A DNA stretch of 64,000 nt from Spirochaetia bacterium (GTDB taxonomy: Bacteria; Spirochaetota; Spirochaetia; SZUA-6; Bin103). How positions within the stretch are numbered: the stretch's first letter is position 1; the number at the start of each line of letters is the position of its first letter. A program made the position numbers and the translations under genes. Location of the stretch: positions 608,001 to 672,000 of the forward strand of contig CBDBOV010000004.1 in assembly GCA_965208575.1 (NCBI GenBank). The letters run 5' to 3'. Under the pieces are notes generated by a model. It saw only the letters and a program-made list of their open reading frames with translations. It made no database searches and was not told where the DNA came from. Of the stretch, positions 19,613 through 30,100 are shown in pieces.

Positions 19613-20105
19613 GAGGTTTCCTCCAAACCTTCGTTTCTTCGAGAGTGCTGAATTCAGTTGCCGGCCCGCGCCGACTCTCGCGGTATGCCTGCGATTCGCA
19701 GGGACCGAACAGCGCGGGCGGCACCCTCGACCACGAGCAGTGCCTGGGGTGCTGGCGGGTGGACTGCGGGCGAGCGGCCCGTTGCCGGGAGTTCCCGCCT
19801 GGTGAGGTGACCCGCCGACGACGAATCGGCGGTGAGGCAGCGCCGCGGTCAGCGGACCGCGCAGGCTGCGCAGAAGGTAGCGGTTGCGACCGGCTAACTC
19901 GTTAGTGTTTCTGAGGTTGTATGGAAATAGCCCTGGGGGGGAGGGGGGTACAGAGGGCGTAGAGCGGCGGTAGAGCGCCGGTTGCGCTATCTGCAACCGG
20001 CGGCGGCGCCCGGTACTGTCGTCACGCGTCATTCGCATCCGTTCCACCCGAAGCCCGCAGCCATCATTGCGCACGCACGGCATACCGTCAAATAGCCGCG
20101 GGGCG
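19484..20105. repeat. ~620-bp direct repeat, copy 2 (signal peptide, leader and promoter)
   Basis: Matches 990..1614. Confidence 0.95.
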
Positions 20106-20179
20106 GCCGCCGTGATCGAGTACGGTCGCCAGAGTGGCGGGCTCGATGCTACACTGGAGGTCGGACTGCAGGATCGGTC

Positions 20180-20459
20180 GTGGCGCTGACGTTCGAGTGG
20201 GGTGAGGTGAAGGCAAGCGCCAACATGCGCAAGCACGGTGTAGGGTTTGAGGAAGCCGCGACGGCGTTCGGCGACGTCCTGTCGGTGACCGTTGCCGACC
20301 CGGATCACTCGCTCGATGAGGAACGATTCATCCTCCTCGGTTTGACCGAGCGCAGCCGGCTCTTGGTCATCGCACACCGTGCGTGGTGACGCAATTCGAC
20401 TGATCAGCGCTCGGCTGGCTACAGCCAAAGAGCGGTGAGGGTATGAAGAAGGAACCTGA
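20180..20459 (+). pseudogene. BrnT toxin (DUF497) pseudogene
   Basis: FEWGEVKASANMRKHGVGFEEA...EERFILLG, then a frameshift. The continuation DAIRLISARLATAKER*GYEE carries a further in-frame stop. Confidence 0.85.
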
Positions 20460-20661
20460 CACGAGACGGATTGACGAGTTGCGCGAAGAGTACGACTTCT
20501 CGGGTGGAGTCCGCGGCAAATATGCCGCACGATATGGCGAGGGTGCGAACATCGTCATCCTCGATCCGGATATCGCAAAGGTGTTTCGTGACTCGAAGTC
20601 GGTAAACGAAGCCCTCCGCGCACTTGTCGAGGTGGCGAACAGGGCGGCAGCGGCTGGGTGA
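20443..20661 (+). CDS. BrnT-associated antitoxin
   Basis: DELREEYDFSGGVRGKYA...LDPDIAKVFRDSKSVNEALR; overlaps the toxin 3' end. Confidence 0.85.
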   Translation: MKKEPDTRRIDELREEYDFSGGVRGKYAARYGEGANIVILDPDIAKVFRDSKSVNEALRALVEVANRAAAAG

Positions 20662-20857
20662 CAGGCCGGCCGGGAGCGGACCGCGCGGTTCGCCTCGGCT
20701 GAGGAGCTGTTTCGCCCACCCGAAGATCACCGGGTGGAGGCCAGCATGGCGTCGCCATCACTACTGCCGTAGCTCTCGGTGGCGCTCACTCGGTCCAATC
20801 GCCGAATCGGCATCCGGACCGCCCGCGCCCTTCCCGGCGAACGCAACCCGGCCCTTC

Positions 20858-21832
20858 TCAAGCGACCACCATCCTGATCGCGCCGACGGCGCGTCCATCG
20901 AGCTCGAAGTCGGCGGCCGTGCCCGCTTCCCGGAAGCCAAGCTCCTCGAACAGCGACCGCTTCTCCTCGTCCTCCACGCACACCACCGCCCGGCACTCGG
21001 CGGCCCCCCGCGCCGCTCCCCGCTGCATTGCGGCAGCCATCAGGCCGGACCATGCGGCGGCAAAGTACGGGTGCGTGAAGCCGTCGACCTGGCAGGCGGC
21101 GCCCGATCCGAGCACGGTCGCCAGCCCCACGACGCGGTCGTCGGCCGTGCGCGCGCAGAACCAGTCGCCGGCGCCGCCGGCCACCGCGGCCAGGTAGCGC
21201 CGGTACAGCCCCATGCAGGAGTACTGGACGCAGTAGCGGGTCGAGTACATGCCGGCGTTGGCGTCCAGCACCTGCCAGTCGTGGGGCGCGTGCAGCAGGG
21301 GGATCATCGGTACCCGCACCGCCGCGGTGGCGGGCGCCACGGTGGCCTCCCCCGGCTCGCGGAAGTAGTCGACCAGGAACGCCTCCGGCGAGTCACCGCT
21401 GCTGATGTTGGCCATGACGTCGGCGCCGGCCAGCTTGCGCCAGCCGAGCCGGTGGTAGATCCTGCGCACCGCCGGCACGGAGGTGCCGAGGAACAGCGCC
21501 TCGCCGCCGGCGGCGCGAAACTCCTCCACCGCCCGCCCGCACAGCCGGGTGGCGACGCCGCTGCCGCGCAATTCGGGCCTCGTCGCGACTTCCCCAAACC
21601 CGCCCAGGAGGGGGCTTTTGTTCGGCACGGTGATTGCACAAGTGCCCGCCAGAGTCTCGGCCCGCCGCGCCACGTAGACGGTCAGCCGGTTGTGATCCGT
21701 CTCCCGGCCCAGGTACGCATCAGGCGGAACATCGGGCGGATGTTCGTCGGAATACTCGAATATGTCATCCCAAAACGCCCGCAGTTCCGCGGCCAGAGCC
21801 GCGGCTATCGGCGCTTCCACCGTAACGCTCAT
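20858..21832 (-). CDS. GNAT-family N-acetyltransferase (two-domain)
   Basis: GEVATRPELRGSGVATRL acetyl-CoA motif, IYHRLGW, and a second domain ending FEELGF. Confidence 0.8.
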   Translation of the reverse strand: MSVTVEAPIAAALAAELRAFWDDIFEYSDEHPPDVPPDAYLGRETDHNRLTVYVARRAETLAGTCAITVPNKSPLLGGFGEVATRPELRGSGVATRLCGRAVEEFRAAGGEALFLGTSVPAVRRIYHRLGWRKLAGADVMANISSGDSPEAFLVDYFREPGEATVAPATAAVRVPMIPLLHAPHDWQVLDANAGMYSTRYCVQYSCMGLYRRYLAAVAGGAGDWFCARTADDRVVGLATVLGSGAACQVDGFTHPYFAAAWSGLMAAAMQRGAARGAAECRAVVCVEDEEKRSLFEELGFREAGTAADFELDGRAVGAIRMVVA

Positions 21833-21945
21833 TCCGACCTACTTGATCTCTTCAACCCCAGGCTCGTGTCAGTGTACAAGGATCACACCATGGACAAACA
21901 GCGAGCCGGCGACACTGACGGCCACCGGCTCGGCACCGGCCGCCG

Positions 21946-22677
21946 ATGCTGACCACCATCGTCGGGCGGGGTCATTCCGGTACGCGAGCCATTTCGCATA
22001 CGCTTTCCGCCAGCGGCGTGTGGATGGGCGAGCCGTTGAACAAATCGGGCGACCTGCTGCCGCCGCAGGCGATGTACGAGGCGTCCCGCTTCATCGCCAA
22101 ACATGTTCGCTGGCTGGGCGGGCTGAAGTGGGACTTCAGCCGGCTCCACACGATGTCGATTCCGCCCGAGTTCGAGTCGCTGATCCGGTCGTACCTGCAG
22201 AGCGTGATTTCCAGCCCGGCGGAACACAGGGGATGGAAGATCCCGGAGACCACCCTGACCTACCCCTGGATCGTGCGAATGTTCCCGGACGTGAGGTACA
22301 TCTTCTGGATCCGCAACCCGCGCGACTGCGTCATCGGCAGGCACATCACGGACAACCTCACCGACTGGGGCGTGGGCTGTCCGCCTACCGACGACACCCG
22401 CCTGCGCCGCGCGATGTCGTGGAAGTACCAGTACGACCTGGTCAACGCCACCCCGCGGCCCCGGCACTGGATCGAGGTGCGGTTCGAAGACTTCGTCCAA
22501 CGCCAGGACGAGACGCTCGCCCGGTTGGAGTCCTACCTCGGCGTCAAGCTGGCCCGGATTCCCGTGCGGCCCGAGTCGGTGGGCCGCTGGAAGACCGACC
22601 CCGGCCCCAACTACTACGACTTCTTCGCTCCCGCCATGGAGCGGTACGGCTACGAAATCCCCGCGCCTTCCGTCTGA
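21946..22677 (+). CDS. Sulfotransferase-family protein
   Basis: GRGHSGTR 5'-PSB-like motif, GWKIPE, IRNPRD 3'-PB motif, VRFED and VGRWK. Confidence 0.8.
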   Translation: MLTTIVGRGHSGTRAISHTLSASGVWMGEPLNKSGDLLPPQAMYEASRFIAKHVRWLGGLKWDFSRLHTMSIPPEFESLIRSYLQSVISSPAEHRGWKIPETTLTYPWIVRMFPDVRYIFWIRNPRDCVIGRHITDNLTDWGVGCPPTDDTRLRRAMSWKYQYDLVNATPRPRHWIEVRFEDFVQRQDETLARLESYLGVKLARIPVRPESVGRWKTDPGPNYYDFFAPAMERYGYEIPAPSV

Positions 22678-22859
22678 GGTCGGTAAACGAGATCCTGGCT
22701 GCCTCCCCTTGTCTGGAGCGGGAACATCGACCAGTGCCTGACGTACGCCGCGTGGCGGCTGGAGGAACGAGAGGTAACGCTCGCCGAACTGCCGAGTGGA
22801 TTCGCGGTGACCGGTTCCAGCCGGCGGTGTGCGCCAGCAGGCGATGCCAGATGAGGATG

Positions 22860-23140
22860 TCGCCGGCGGCGCCATACCCTTCCATGTGACGGTCCGGAAC
22901 ACCACCCGCCCGCGGTTGGACGGGCTCCCTCTCCGATAGCATGCTCTTAGGCTGCCTGAGGAAGGTTGCCTTGGTCGCGACGGCACTACCCCGCGACGAC
23001 CGAACACGTTCCAGTGCCTCCTCGCGGAACCAGTGAGCACCGCTCTCTCCTTCCTGGGTCACAATGCGTCCATAACTACCCGGTTCCACGAGTTCACCTC
23101 TGCCAAGTATCCGCCGATCCGAATGGAAATACGTAACTAA
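22860..23140 (-). pseudogene. Degraded hypothetical gene, possibly DUF2441-like
   Basis: YFHSDRRILGRGELVEPGSYGRI...WFREEALERVR fragment in a lower-GC patch. The family assignment is from memory only. Confidence 0.3.
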
Positions 23141-23513
23141 TCCCTCCTGTCCAAACACACGAGAGGTAGTCTCCTTGAGAGGAACCTCGTTGAACGTGGC
23201 GACCACCCGAACACACTCCGCAAAACACGGAATACAGCGCGGGACCCTGCTTCTCTCAGTTCCCCTTAGCATACAAATAGTACCACATGAGCAAGAGTCA
23301 GGTAGTTCCCCGTGCGAGTCCAATACCCATCTCACACACGGACCTCATGGCGAAGCTGACCAGAGCGGACCACCTGGTTAGCCCCGGCCTCTCTCAGCCG
23401 ATTCACACCACCATCCGGACAGCTCCGACCGCGCCACCCATCAAGCACGACGTGGGCCACAGCACTCGGCTTAGACCGTATGCCTTGGCCGACGGCGGGC
23501 CGATTGTGTCGGT

Positions 23514-23858
23514 CTACCGTGTCCCGGCTCTCACGCCAGCCGCATGGACGGCTTCGCCGCCGGCGTTCGATTGCTGGCTATGCGGGCGGACGGCGATGTG
23601 CGTCTCCAGGTCTACGCTTGCTGCCATGTTCACGAGCCGATCGATGCTGAATTTGCTGATCTTGCCGTTAACGAGCTCACTCACCCGAGAACGTGGCACT
23701 CCGAAACGTCTCGCAGCTTCGGCTTGGGTGATGTTCTGACGCTCTACGTAATCGGCAAGAGCGATCATGATCGTGGACCGAATCTTTAGGTTAGCAGCCT
23801 CCGAGGAGGTCTCCGCAACTGCATCCCAGACATCAGAATAAGTTTGTGTATCTGTCAT
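23514..23858 (-). CDS. XRE/HigA-like HTH antitoxin
   Basis: VWDAVAET...NLKIRS...ITQAEAARRFGVPRSRVSELVNGKISKFSIDRL. Confidence 0.9.
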   Translation of the reverse strand: MTDTQTYSDVWDAVAETSSEAANLKIRSTIMIALADYVERQNITQAEAARRFGVPRSRVSELVNGKISKFSIDRLVNMAASVDLETHIAVRPHSQQSNAGGEAVHAAGVRAGTR

Positions 23859-23901
23859 ATGAATGTATACCTTTGTAAATGGATTTTTGGGAACATGCGA
23901 G

Positions 23902-24246
23902 CTACGATCGCTTTATATTATCGGTTCTCTTGTGTATCACCTCCCGGAAGCGCTTTCTAGCTATATCGATGTCGGCCTTTGCCGTCTTCTGCGACTTCTT
24001 CACGAATACGTGCAGGATATAAACCGCGTCACCGACTGTCGTCGTGTATATGCTTCGATACGCATTACCGGCTATCCGTACGCGAAGCTCACGAACGCCG
24101 CTCCCGACACTCGGCATCGGCCGCCAGTGGCGTGGATCCATACCTCTCTGAATCATGGCAATCTGCTGCCCCACGTCATGCTTGGCATCCCTCGGGAAAC
24201 GACGTAGATCATCGAGAGACGAGCCAACGAACACAACCTCCTTCAT
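23902..24246 (-). CDS. RelE/ParE-family (Gp49-like/HigB) toxin
   Basis: FVGSSLDDLRRFP, PMPSVGSGVRELR and YILHVFVKKSQKT. Confidence 0.9.
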   Translation of the reverse strand: MKEVVFVGSSLDDLRRFPRDAKHDVGQQIAMIQRGMDPRHWRPMPSVGSGVRELRVRIAGNAYRSIYTTTVGDAVYILHVFVKKSQKTAKADIDIARKRFREVIHKRTDNIKRS

Positions 24247-24311
24247 TTGTGCGCCAATGTCTCACATTTGCGACACGAGAGTCAAGTCAGAAGCGCCGCA
24301 CAGTGGCCTTC

Positions 24312-24765
24312 TCAGGCAGCCACCATTCTGACCGCCCCGACGGTGCGCCCATCGAGCTCGAAGTCGGCGGCAGCGCCCGCCGCGCGGAAGCCGAGCCCTT
24401 CGAACAGCGACCGCTTCTCCTCGTCCTCCACGCATACCACCGCCCGGCACTCGGCGGCCCCCCGCGCCGCTCCCCGCTGCATTGCGGCAGCCATCAGGCC
24501 GGACCATGCGGCGGCAAAGTACGGGTGCGTGAAGCCGTCGACCTGGCAGGCGGCGCCCGATCCGAGCACGGTCGCCAGCCCCACGACGCGGTCGTCGGCC
24601 GTGCGCGCGCAGAACCAGTCGCCGGCGCCGCCGGCCACCGCGGCCAGGTAGCGCCGGTACAGCCCCATGCAGGAGTACTGGACGCAGTAGCGGGTCGAGT
24701 ACATGCCGGCGTTGGCGTCCAGCACCTGCCAGTCGTGGGGCGCGTGCAGCAGGGGGATCATCGGT
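24312..24765 (-). pseudogene. Duplicated 3' half of the GNAT gene (direct repeat of ~20858..21312)
   Basis: PMIPLLHAPHDWQVLD...ELDGRTVGAVRMVAA*, nearly identical at DNA level; no 5' half. Confidence 0.92.
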
Positions 24766-24870
24766 AGGGTAAGGATACTCCCGCTCTGAGCGCCGGTTCG
24801 CCATGCATCTGGCCACGGCGCGACGCTCCGCATCCAGTTCATCCGGAGAGCGTCCCGCCGCAGGCGTAGC

Positions 24871-26088
24871 TCAGCCGCTGGCCAGTGCGGGTTCGGGGTG
24901 CAGGGCGGCGGCCAGCTCGGCGATGGCGGCGTCCATCTCGTCGGGGCGGTTCCAGCCGTAGCACAGGCGCATCCGGTCGCGGCCGGAGATGCCGTCCGCG
25001 GCCGTGTGGGTGCCCGGAGCGAACCGCACGCCGCGGGCGGCGGCGCGCTCGGCGGCGGCCACCGTGTCGGTGCCGTCGAGCATCTGCACGAACAGGAAGA
25101 GCCCGCCGAGTGGTTCGGTCCAGCGCGCGCGGTCGCCCACGTGCGCATCCAGCGCCGCCAGCAGCGCGTCGCGCTTGGCCCGGAGCCGGGCGCGCGCCCG
25201 CTCGATGTGGGCGTCCAGGCCGGTCTGTGCGAATCGATGCACGGCCATCGCCGTGAACTGGCTGACCCCGCCGGTGCCCTTGATGGCGCAGATCCGATCC
25301 AGGAGGGCCGGCGCGGCGGTGACGTAGCCGAGCCGCATGCCGGGAGCGATGTTCTTCGAGAACGAGGCCACGTAGATGGTGCGCCCGCTGTCGTCGAGTG
25401 AGCGGATGGCCGGCGGCAGGTCGGGGTGGTCGAAGTTCAGGTCGACGTAGCAGTCGTCCTCCCACACCGGCACTCCGTAGCGCGCGGTGATCTCGGTGAC
25501 CTCGGCGCGGCGCGCCCGCGACTCGACGAAGCCGAGCGGGTTCTGGAACGTCGGTATGGTGTACACCGCCTTGGGCCGCCTGCCCTCGTCGATCGCCGCC
25601 TGGATCTGGTACTCCAGCGAATCGGGCAGCATGCCGTCGGCGTCGCACGCCACCGCGCGGACATCGGCAGCGAAGCGGCGCAGGAATCCCAGCGTGCCGG
25701 CATAGGTGAATTCCTCGGCCAGCACCACGTCGCCGGGATCGACCAGCGCCTGGGCCACCAGGAAGTTGGGCTCGTTCGATCCGGAGCCGAGCAGGATGTC
25801 GTCGGCATCCACCGAGAAGCCGCGCGTGGCGGCCAGCCGCGCCGCCAGCCACTCGCGCAACGGCGGATAGCCGAGCGGGTGCGGATAGTGCGCCAGGCTG
25901 CGCCCCGCCCGTTGCAACTCGTCTGCCAGGCATTCGACAAGTTGTTCCAGCGGCAACGAGTCGGGGTCGGGATAGGCCACCCCAAAGTCGTAGCGCGCCG
26001 CCGGATGGGCCGCGCGGGACACCGGCCCCGCCGACGGCCCGTGGTGTGCCATCAGATCCTCGTCGAAACCAGACCAGCTACCGCTCAT
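24871..26088 (-). CDS. PLP-dependent aminotransferase class I/II (2-aminoadipate transaminase/MocR-like, no HTH)
   Basis: YTIPTFQNPLG, EDDCY and SFSKNIAPGMRLG. Confidence 0.9.
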   Translation of the reverse strand: MSGSWSGFDEDLMAHHGPSAGPVSRAAHPAARYDFGVAYPDPDSLPLEQLVECLADELQRAGRSLAHYPHPLGYPPLREWLAARLAATRGFSVDADDILLGSGSNEPNFLVAQALVDPGDVVLAEEFTYAGTLGFLRRFAADVRAVACDADGMLPDSLEYQIQAAIDEGRRPKAVYTIPTFQNPLGFVESRARRAEVTEITARYGVPVWEDDCYVDLNFDHPDLPPAIRSLDDSGRTIYVASFSKNIAPGMRLGYVTAAPALLDRICAIKGTGGVSQFTAMAVHRFAQTGLDAHIERARARLRAKRDALLAALDAHVGDRARWTEPLGGLFLFVQMLDGTDTVAAAERAAARGVRFAPGTHTAADGISGRDRMRLCYGWNRPDEMDAAIAELAAALHPEPALASG

Positions 26089-26193
26089 CCGTGCCACCTC
26101 CGATGGGAATGATACCCGAGAGCGCCCCACTGCCGCGACCGTCCGCCAGCCGCTCTTGATTCGATGTCATAATGAAACTATTCTGCATTCACG

Positions 26194-26481
26194 ATGCCAA
26201 GTATCACCGTACGCGGACTGGACGATCACGTGCTGGAGCGGATTCGGGCGTTGGCAGAGGTCGAGCGACGGAGCCTGAACAGCGAGTTGCTGGTCCTCAT
26301 CGACCGCGCGCTGGAACGGGAACTTCATTTCGCCGGCCATCGCAACGCGCCGGTGCCAAAGGGGACCCAGCTCCGGATGTGGCGACACCTGTCCGGTTGG
26401 TGGGAGGACGAACGCTCGACGGCCGAGATCATCTCGGATATCCACTCCGCTCGCACGCCGGGACGCGAGGTCGAACTGTGA
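26194..26481 (+). CDS. FitA/Arc-like ribbon-helix-helix antitoxin
   Basis: MPSITVRGLDD...RRSLNSE; GTGA overlap with the downstream PIN gene. Confidence 0.85.
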   Translation: MPSITVRGLDDHVLERIRALAEVERRSLNSELLVLIDRALERELHFAGHRNAPVPKGTQLRMWRHLSGWWEDERSTAEIISDIHSARTPGREVEL

Positions 26482-26867
26482 TCGTCCTCGATACCGACAC
26501 CTGCGTGGAACTGCTGCGCGGCAACCGGCGGGTCATCGAACGGCGTGCCCTCAGCGACGACTCCGTGAGCGTGTCGTTCATGTCAGCCGCCGAGTTATAC
26601 TACGGAGCGGAGCGCTCGGCGAAACCGGCTCAGAACCGGCATGCGGTCGACGCCTTGCTGCTCTCGGTGCTGGTGGTCGAGTCGGACAACGCAATCGCGC
26701 AGCAATTCGGTCAACTCAAGGCTGCATTGCGGCGCGATTCGTTGCTGGTGCCCGACGCTGACCTGTTTATTGCCGCAACCACCCTCGTTCACGGCACGCT
26801 GCTGGTCACCGGGAACGCGCGGCACTTCGAGCGGATCGATGGGTTGCGGATCGAGAGTTGGACTTAG
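26478..26867 (+). CDS. VapC/PIN-domain toxin
   Basis: IVLDTD, AELYYGA, DLFIAAT and LVTGNARHFERIDGL. Confidence 0.9.
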   Translation: MIVLDTDTCVELLRGNRRVIERRALSDDSVSVSFMSAAELYYGAERSAKPAQNRHAVDALLLSVLVVESDNAIAQQFGQLKAALRRDSLLVPDADLFIAATTLVHGTLLVTGNARHFERIDGLRIESWT

Positions 26868-27142
26868 CAGGCCGTGCGGCCGCTAGCCCGCATCGCTCAC
26901 CAAGGGGATCGGCTGGCGACAGCGAGCCGCCGGCCGTGACGTCCCCGCAGGCAGGCGCCGGCGCCAGACCGCCGCATCCGGCGAGCCGCGCGCGCGCAGG
27001 CCCCCACGCGCACGCTCCGGCCGGCGGCGGTTCCGGCGCTGAGCCACGCGCCGGCCTTGCCCGCCAACCCGACGCCGGAACCAGGCCGCGCGGGACCGCG
27101 GACCGGCGCCCGGCGAAAGAAGCGCCCGCGCATGGCGGCTCG

Positions 27143-30100
27143 GTGCTGGCGGTGAGCGCCGACGTTGCCCGGCTGGAGCAGGCGTTCGTGGAACAGGTGG
27201 GCGCCGCCAAGCGGGCAGATCCGGCGGCGGCGGTGCTGGTGGTGGTCGGCTCCCACCTGCAGCACATCTATCTGCGCCGGCTGTTGGCCCGCTCGCTGAC
27301 CGCGGTGGCCAACGTCCGATTCGTCACGCTGATGGATCTTGCCGGTGAGCTGGCCCTGACGAGCGAAGCCGACCGCCCGACCGGCGAACACTCTGCCTTG
27401 CCGCTGCCTGACGGCGCCCACGTCCCGCTGCTGGAGCACGTGGTGGCGGAGCGCCGCTCGCGGGCCGGCGGCGACCGGGCGCACGGTCTCGCCGATGCCG
27501 GCATGGTGCACTCCGTGGCTGCCACCATCCGCGATCTGCGCGAGGGAGCGATCGACCCACCGCTGGTCGCTAGCGCCTCGCAGCGGCCGTGGCTGCGTAC
27601 GCTGGCGGGGATGGTACGGGACTATCAGGCGGCGCTGGAGCCGTTCGCGGACGCCACCGCGCGGGTTGCGCAGGCGGCCGCGGCCACTCCGGCGCAGGTG
27701 GCAGCCGCCGTGCAGCACGCGGCGCCCGGCGCGCGCGAAGTCCTGGTGTATGGCATCTACGACGCCAACGCGCTGCAGTTCGGCATGCTCGACGCGCTCT
27801 CGCGGGCACTTCCGACACGGCTGTTCCTGCCCTGGCACACGAGCACCGAGCCATTCGCGTTCGCCGCCGAGACCGTCGACCGGCTGCGCGAGCGCGGCCT
27901 GCGGCTGCACACTCTGGACGCCGACACTTCCGCACGCAAACGGCACGCAACGCGCGCCGTGTTCTCCTGTGCCGACCGCCAGGCGGAGACGGAGGAGACG
28001 GTACGCCGCGTACTGGAGGATCTTGCCGGCGGCGTGCCGGCGGCGGAAATCGCCATCCTGCACCGCATGGACCCGATCTACGACGAGCTGATCTGCGGCG
28101 TGCTCGACCGCGCCGCGGTGCCCCACTACCGCTCCGCCGGACAGCCGGTGCGGCGCACGGTAGTGGGCCGTGCTGCTCTCATCCTGCTGCAACTGCTCTA
28201 CGCCGAGCCGCATCGCGGCACGTTGCTGGAGCTGCTCTCGCTGCCGGGACTCGACCTCTCCTGGATCGAGACCGCGGCCGAGGACGCCGCGCTGACGCCA
28301 CGCCCGGCCCGTTGGGAAGCGCTGAGCAAGGAACTGGGGCTCGTCAAGGGATGGGAGGAATTCGATTCGGTGCTCGCCTTCCACCTGGAACATGGCGCGC
28401 GGGGTGACGCCGACGAACGCGCCGCCGAGTCGGTGGCCGCGGCCCGCCAACTGCAGTCGGTGGTGCGTTGCCTGGCCGGCGCCGCCGAACTGGTTCCCGG
28501 CGCCGACCGGTGGTCCACCCACGCCGACCGTTTCCTGGACCTGTTGCGGCGGTTCATGCCGCCGGAAGCGGACACGCCGGCATGGGATGCACTCGCCCAC
28601 CGCATCCGCGCGCTTGCCGTTCTGGACCGGGCGGCGACGCTCAGCGGCACGGTGGCCGCCACCCCGGAGCGGTTCCGCCAAGCCGCTGAGACCGCCATTC
28701 GCCAGGCGATCGTGTCGGGCGGCTACTTCCAGCGCAGCGGCGTGTTCGTCGGCAACGTGATGAGCGCGCGCCTGGTGCGGTTTCGCCGTGTGTACGTCAC
28801 CGGCTGTGCCGAACGCACCTTTCCACCGGTGATCCGCCAGGATCCGCTGCTGCTGGACGCAGAACGGGATCAGATCAACCGCCGCGCCGCGCACGGCAGC
28901 TACCTGCCGCTCAAGGGACGCCGGCTCGACGAGGAGCGCCTGCTGTTCGAGCTCGCCTGCCAAGCCGCAACCGAGCGGCTTACCCTCTCCTATCCGCGGC
29001 GCGGTACCAGTTCGACCAACGTGCGCCTGCCGTCGAGCTTCCTGCTGGAGGAGGTGGGCGACCTGGCCGGCGGCTTCCTGTCCGCCGAGACGCTGGAGCG
29101 CAGCGCCGGCCTCTGGTACCAGCGCATGCCGGCGCGGGTCGGCTTCGACGGCAATGGCGTCAAGGGCGCCCTGCGCGCGCTCGACGACTCCGATCTGCGC
29201 TGGCACGTACTGGAACAGGGCGGCAAGGATGCGGTGCCGGCCATCGAGCAGATCTGGCCCGCCATCGACGCGGCACGCGCCCACCAGGCGGCACGCCGCA
29301 CGCGCAACTTCGGTGCATTCGACGGCATCGTGCCGGCGGAGCTGGTCGCCGCCAACGGCATCCTGGACCGCGACCTGACCGCCACCGCGCTGGAGAACTT
29401 CGCGGTGTGCCCGTATCGGTTCTTCCTGTCGCGTGTGCTGCAGGTGCGCTCCCGCGGCGAACCGGAGCAGACCCTGGAGATCGCGCCGCTGCAACGCGGC
29501 AACCTGGTGCATGCGATCCTCGATGAGCTGGTGCAGCAGTTTCTGGCCGGCGATGCACCGTGGGCCCAGTTCATCGCCGGCGCCGACGAAGCGCTGCGCG
29601 AAATCATGGAGCGGCGCTTCGCCGAATTGCCGGCGGGAGTCACCGGCCTGCCGCTGTCCTGGAACCTGATTCGTGACCAGGTGACGCAGGAACTGGCCGC
29701 GTACGTGGATGAAGAGCGCAGCCGGGCGGCGCGGACGCGGCCTGGCTCGGCTAGGGATGCCGGCGGCGGTTGGCAGCCGGTCGCCGCCGAACGGGTGTTC
29801 ACCGGGGTGCCGATTGCCGCCGGCCGGCGCGGCTTGAGCTTCTCGGGCCGCATCGACCGAATTGACCGCTCGCGCGGCGCCCTGCGGATCATCGACTACA
29901 AGACCGGCGCGGCTGCCCGCGAGACCGCGGACGGCTACCGCGAAGGCCGCTCCCTGCAGCTCGCGGTCTACCTGCACGCCGCCGCCCACCTGTACCGAAG
30001 CAGCCTGGACTCCGGCAGTGCCGAACTGCACTACGTCAGCGAACGCGCCGCATACCGCCGGCTGGCGCTTGCCGGGGCGCAGCTCGCCGCCGACCCGCGC

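Noticed and set aside
20430-20445. TGA recoding (alternative genetic code or selenocysteine) in brnT
   Set aside because: The gene is also frameshifted upstream and TGA is the normal stop for most genes in the window.
19613-20530. N-terminal 300-aa extension of the SBP (908-aa ORF)
   Set aside because: The RBS and signal peptide place the start at 19612, and indels in the other repeat copy break this frame.
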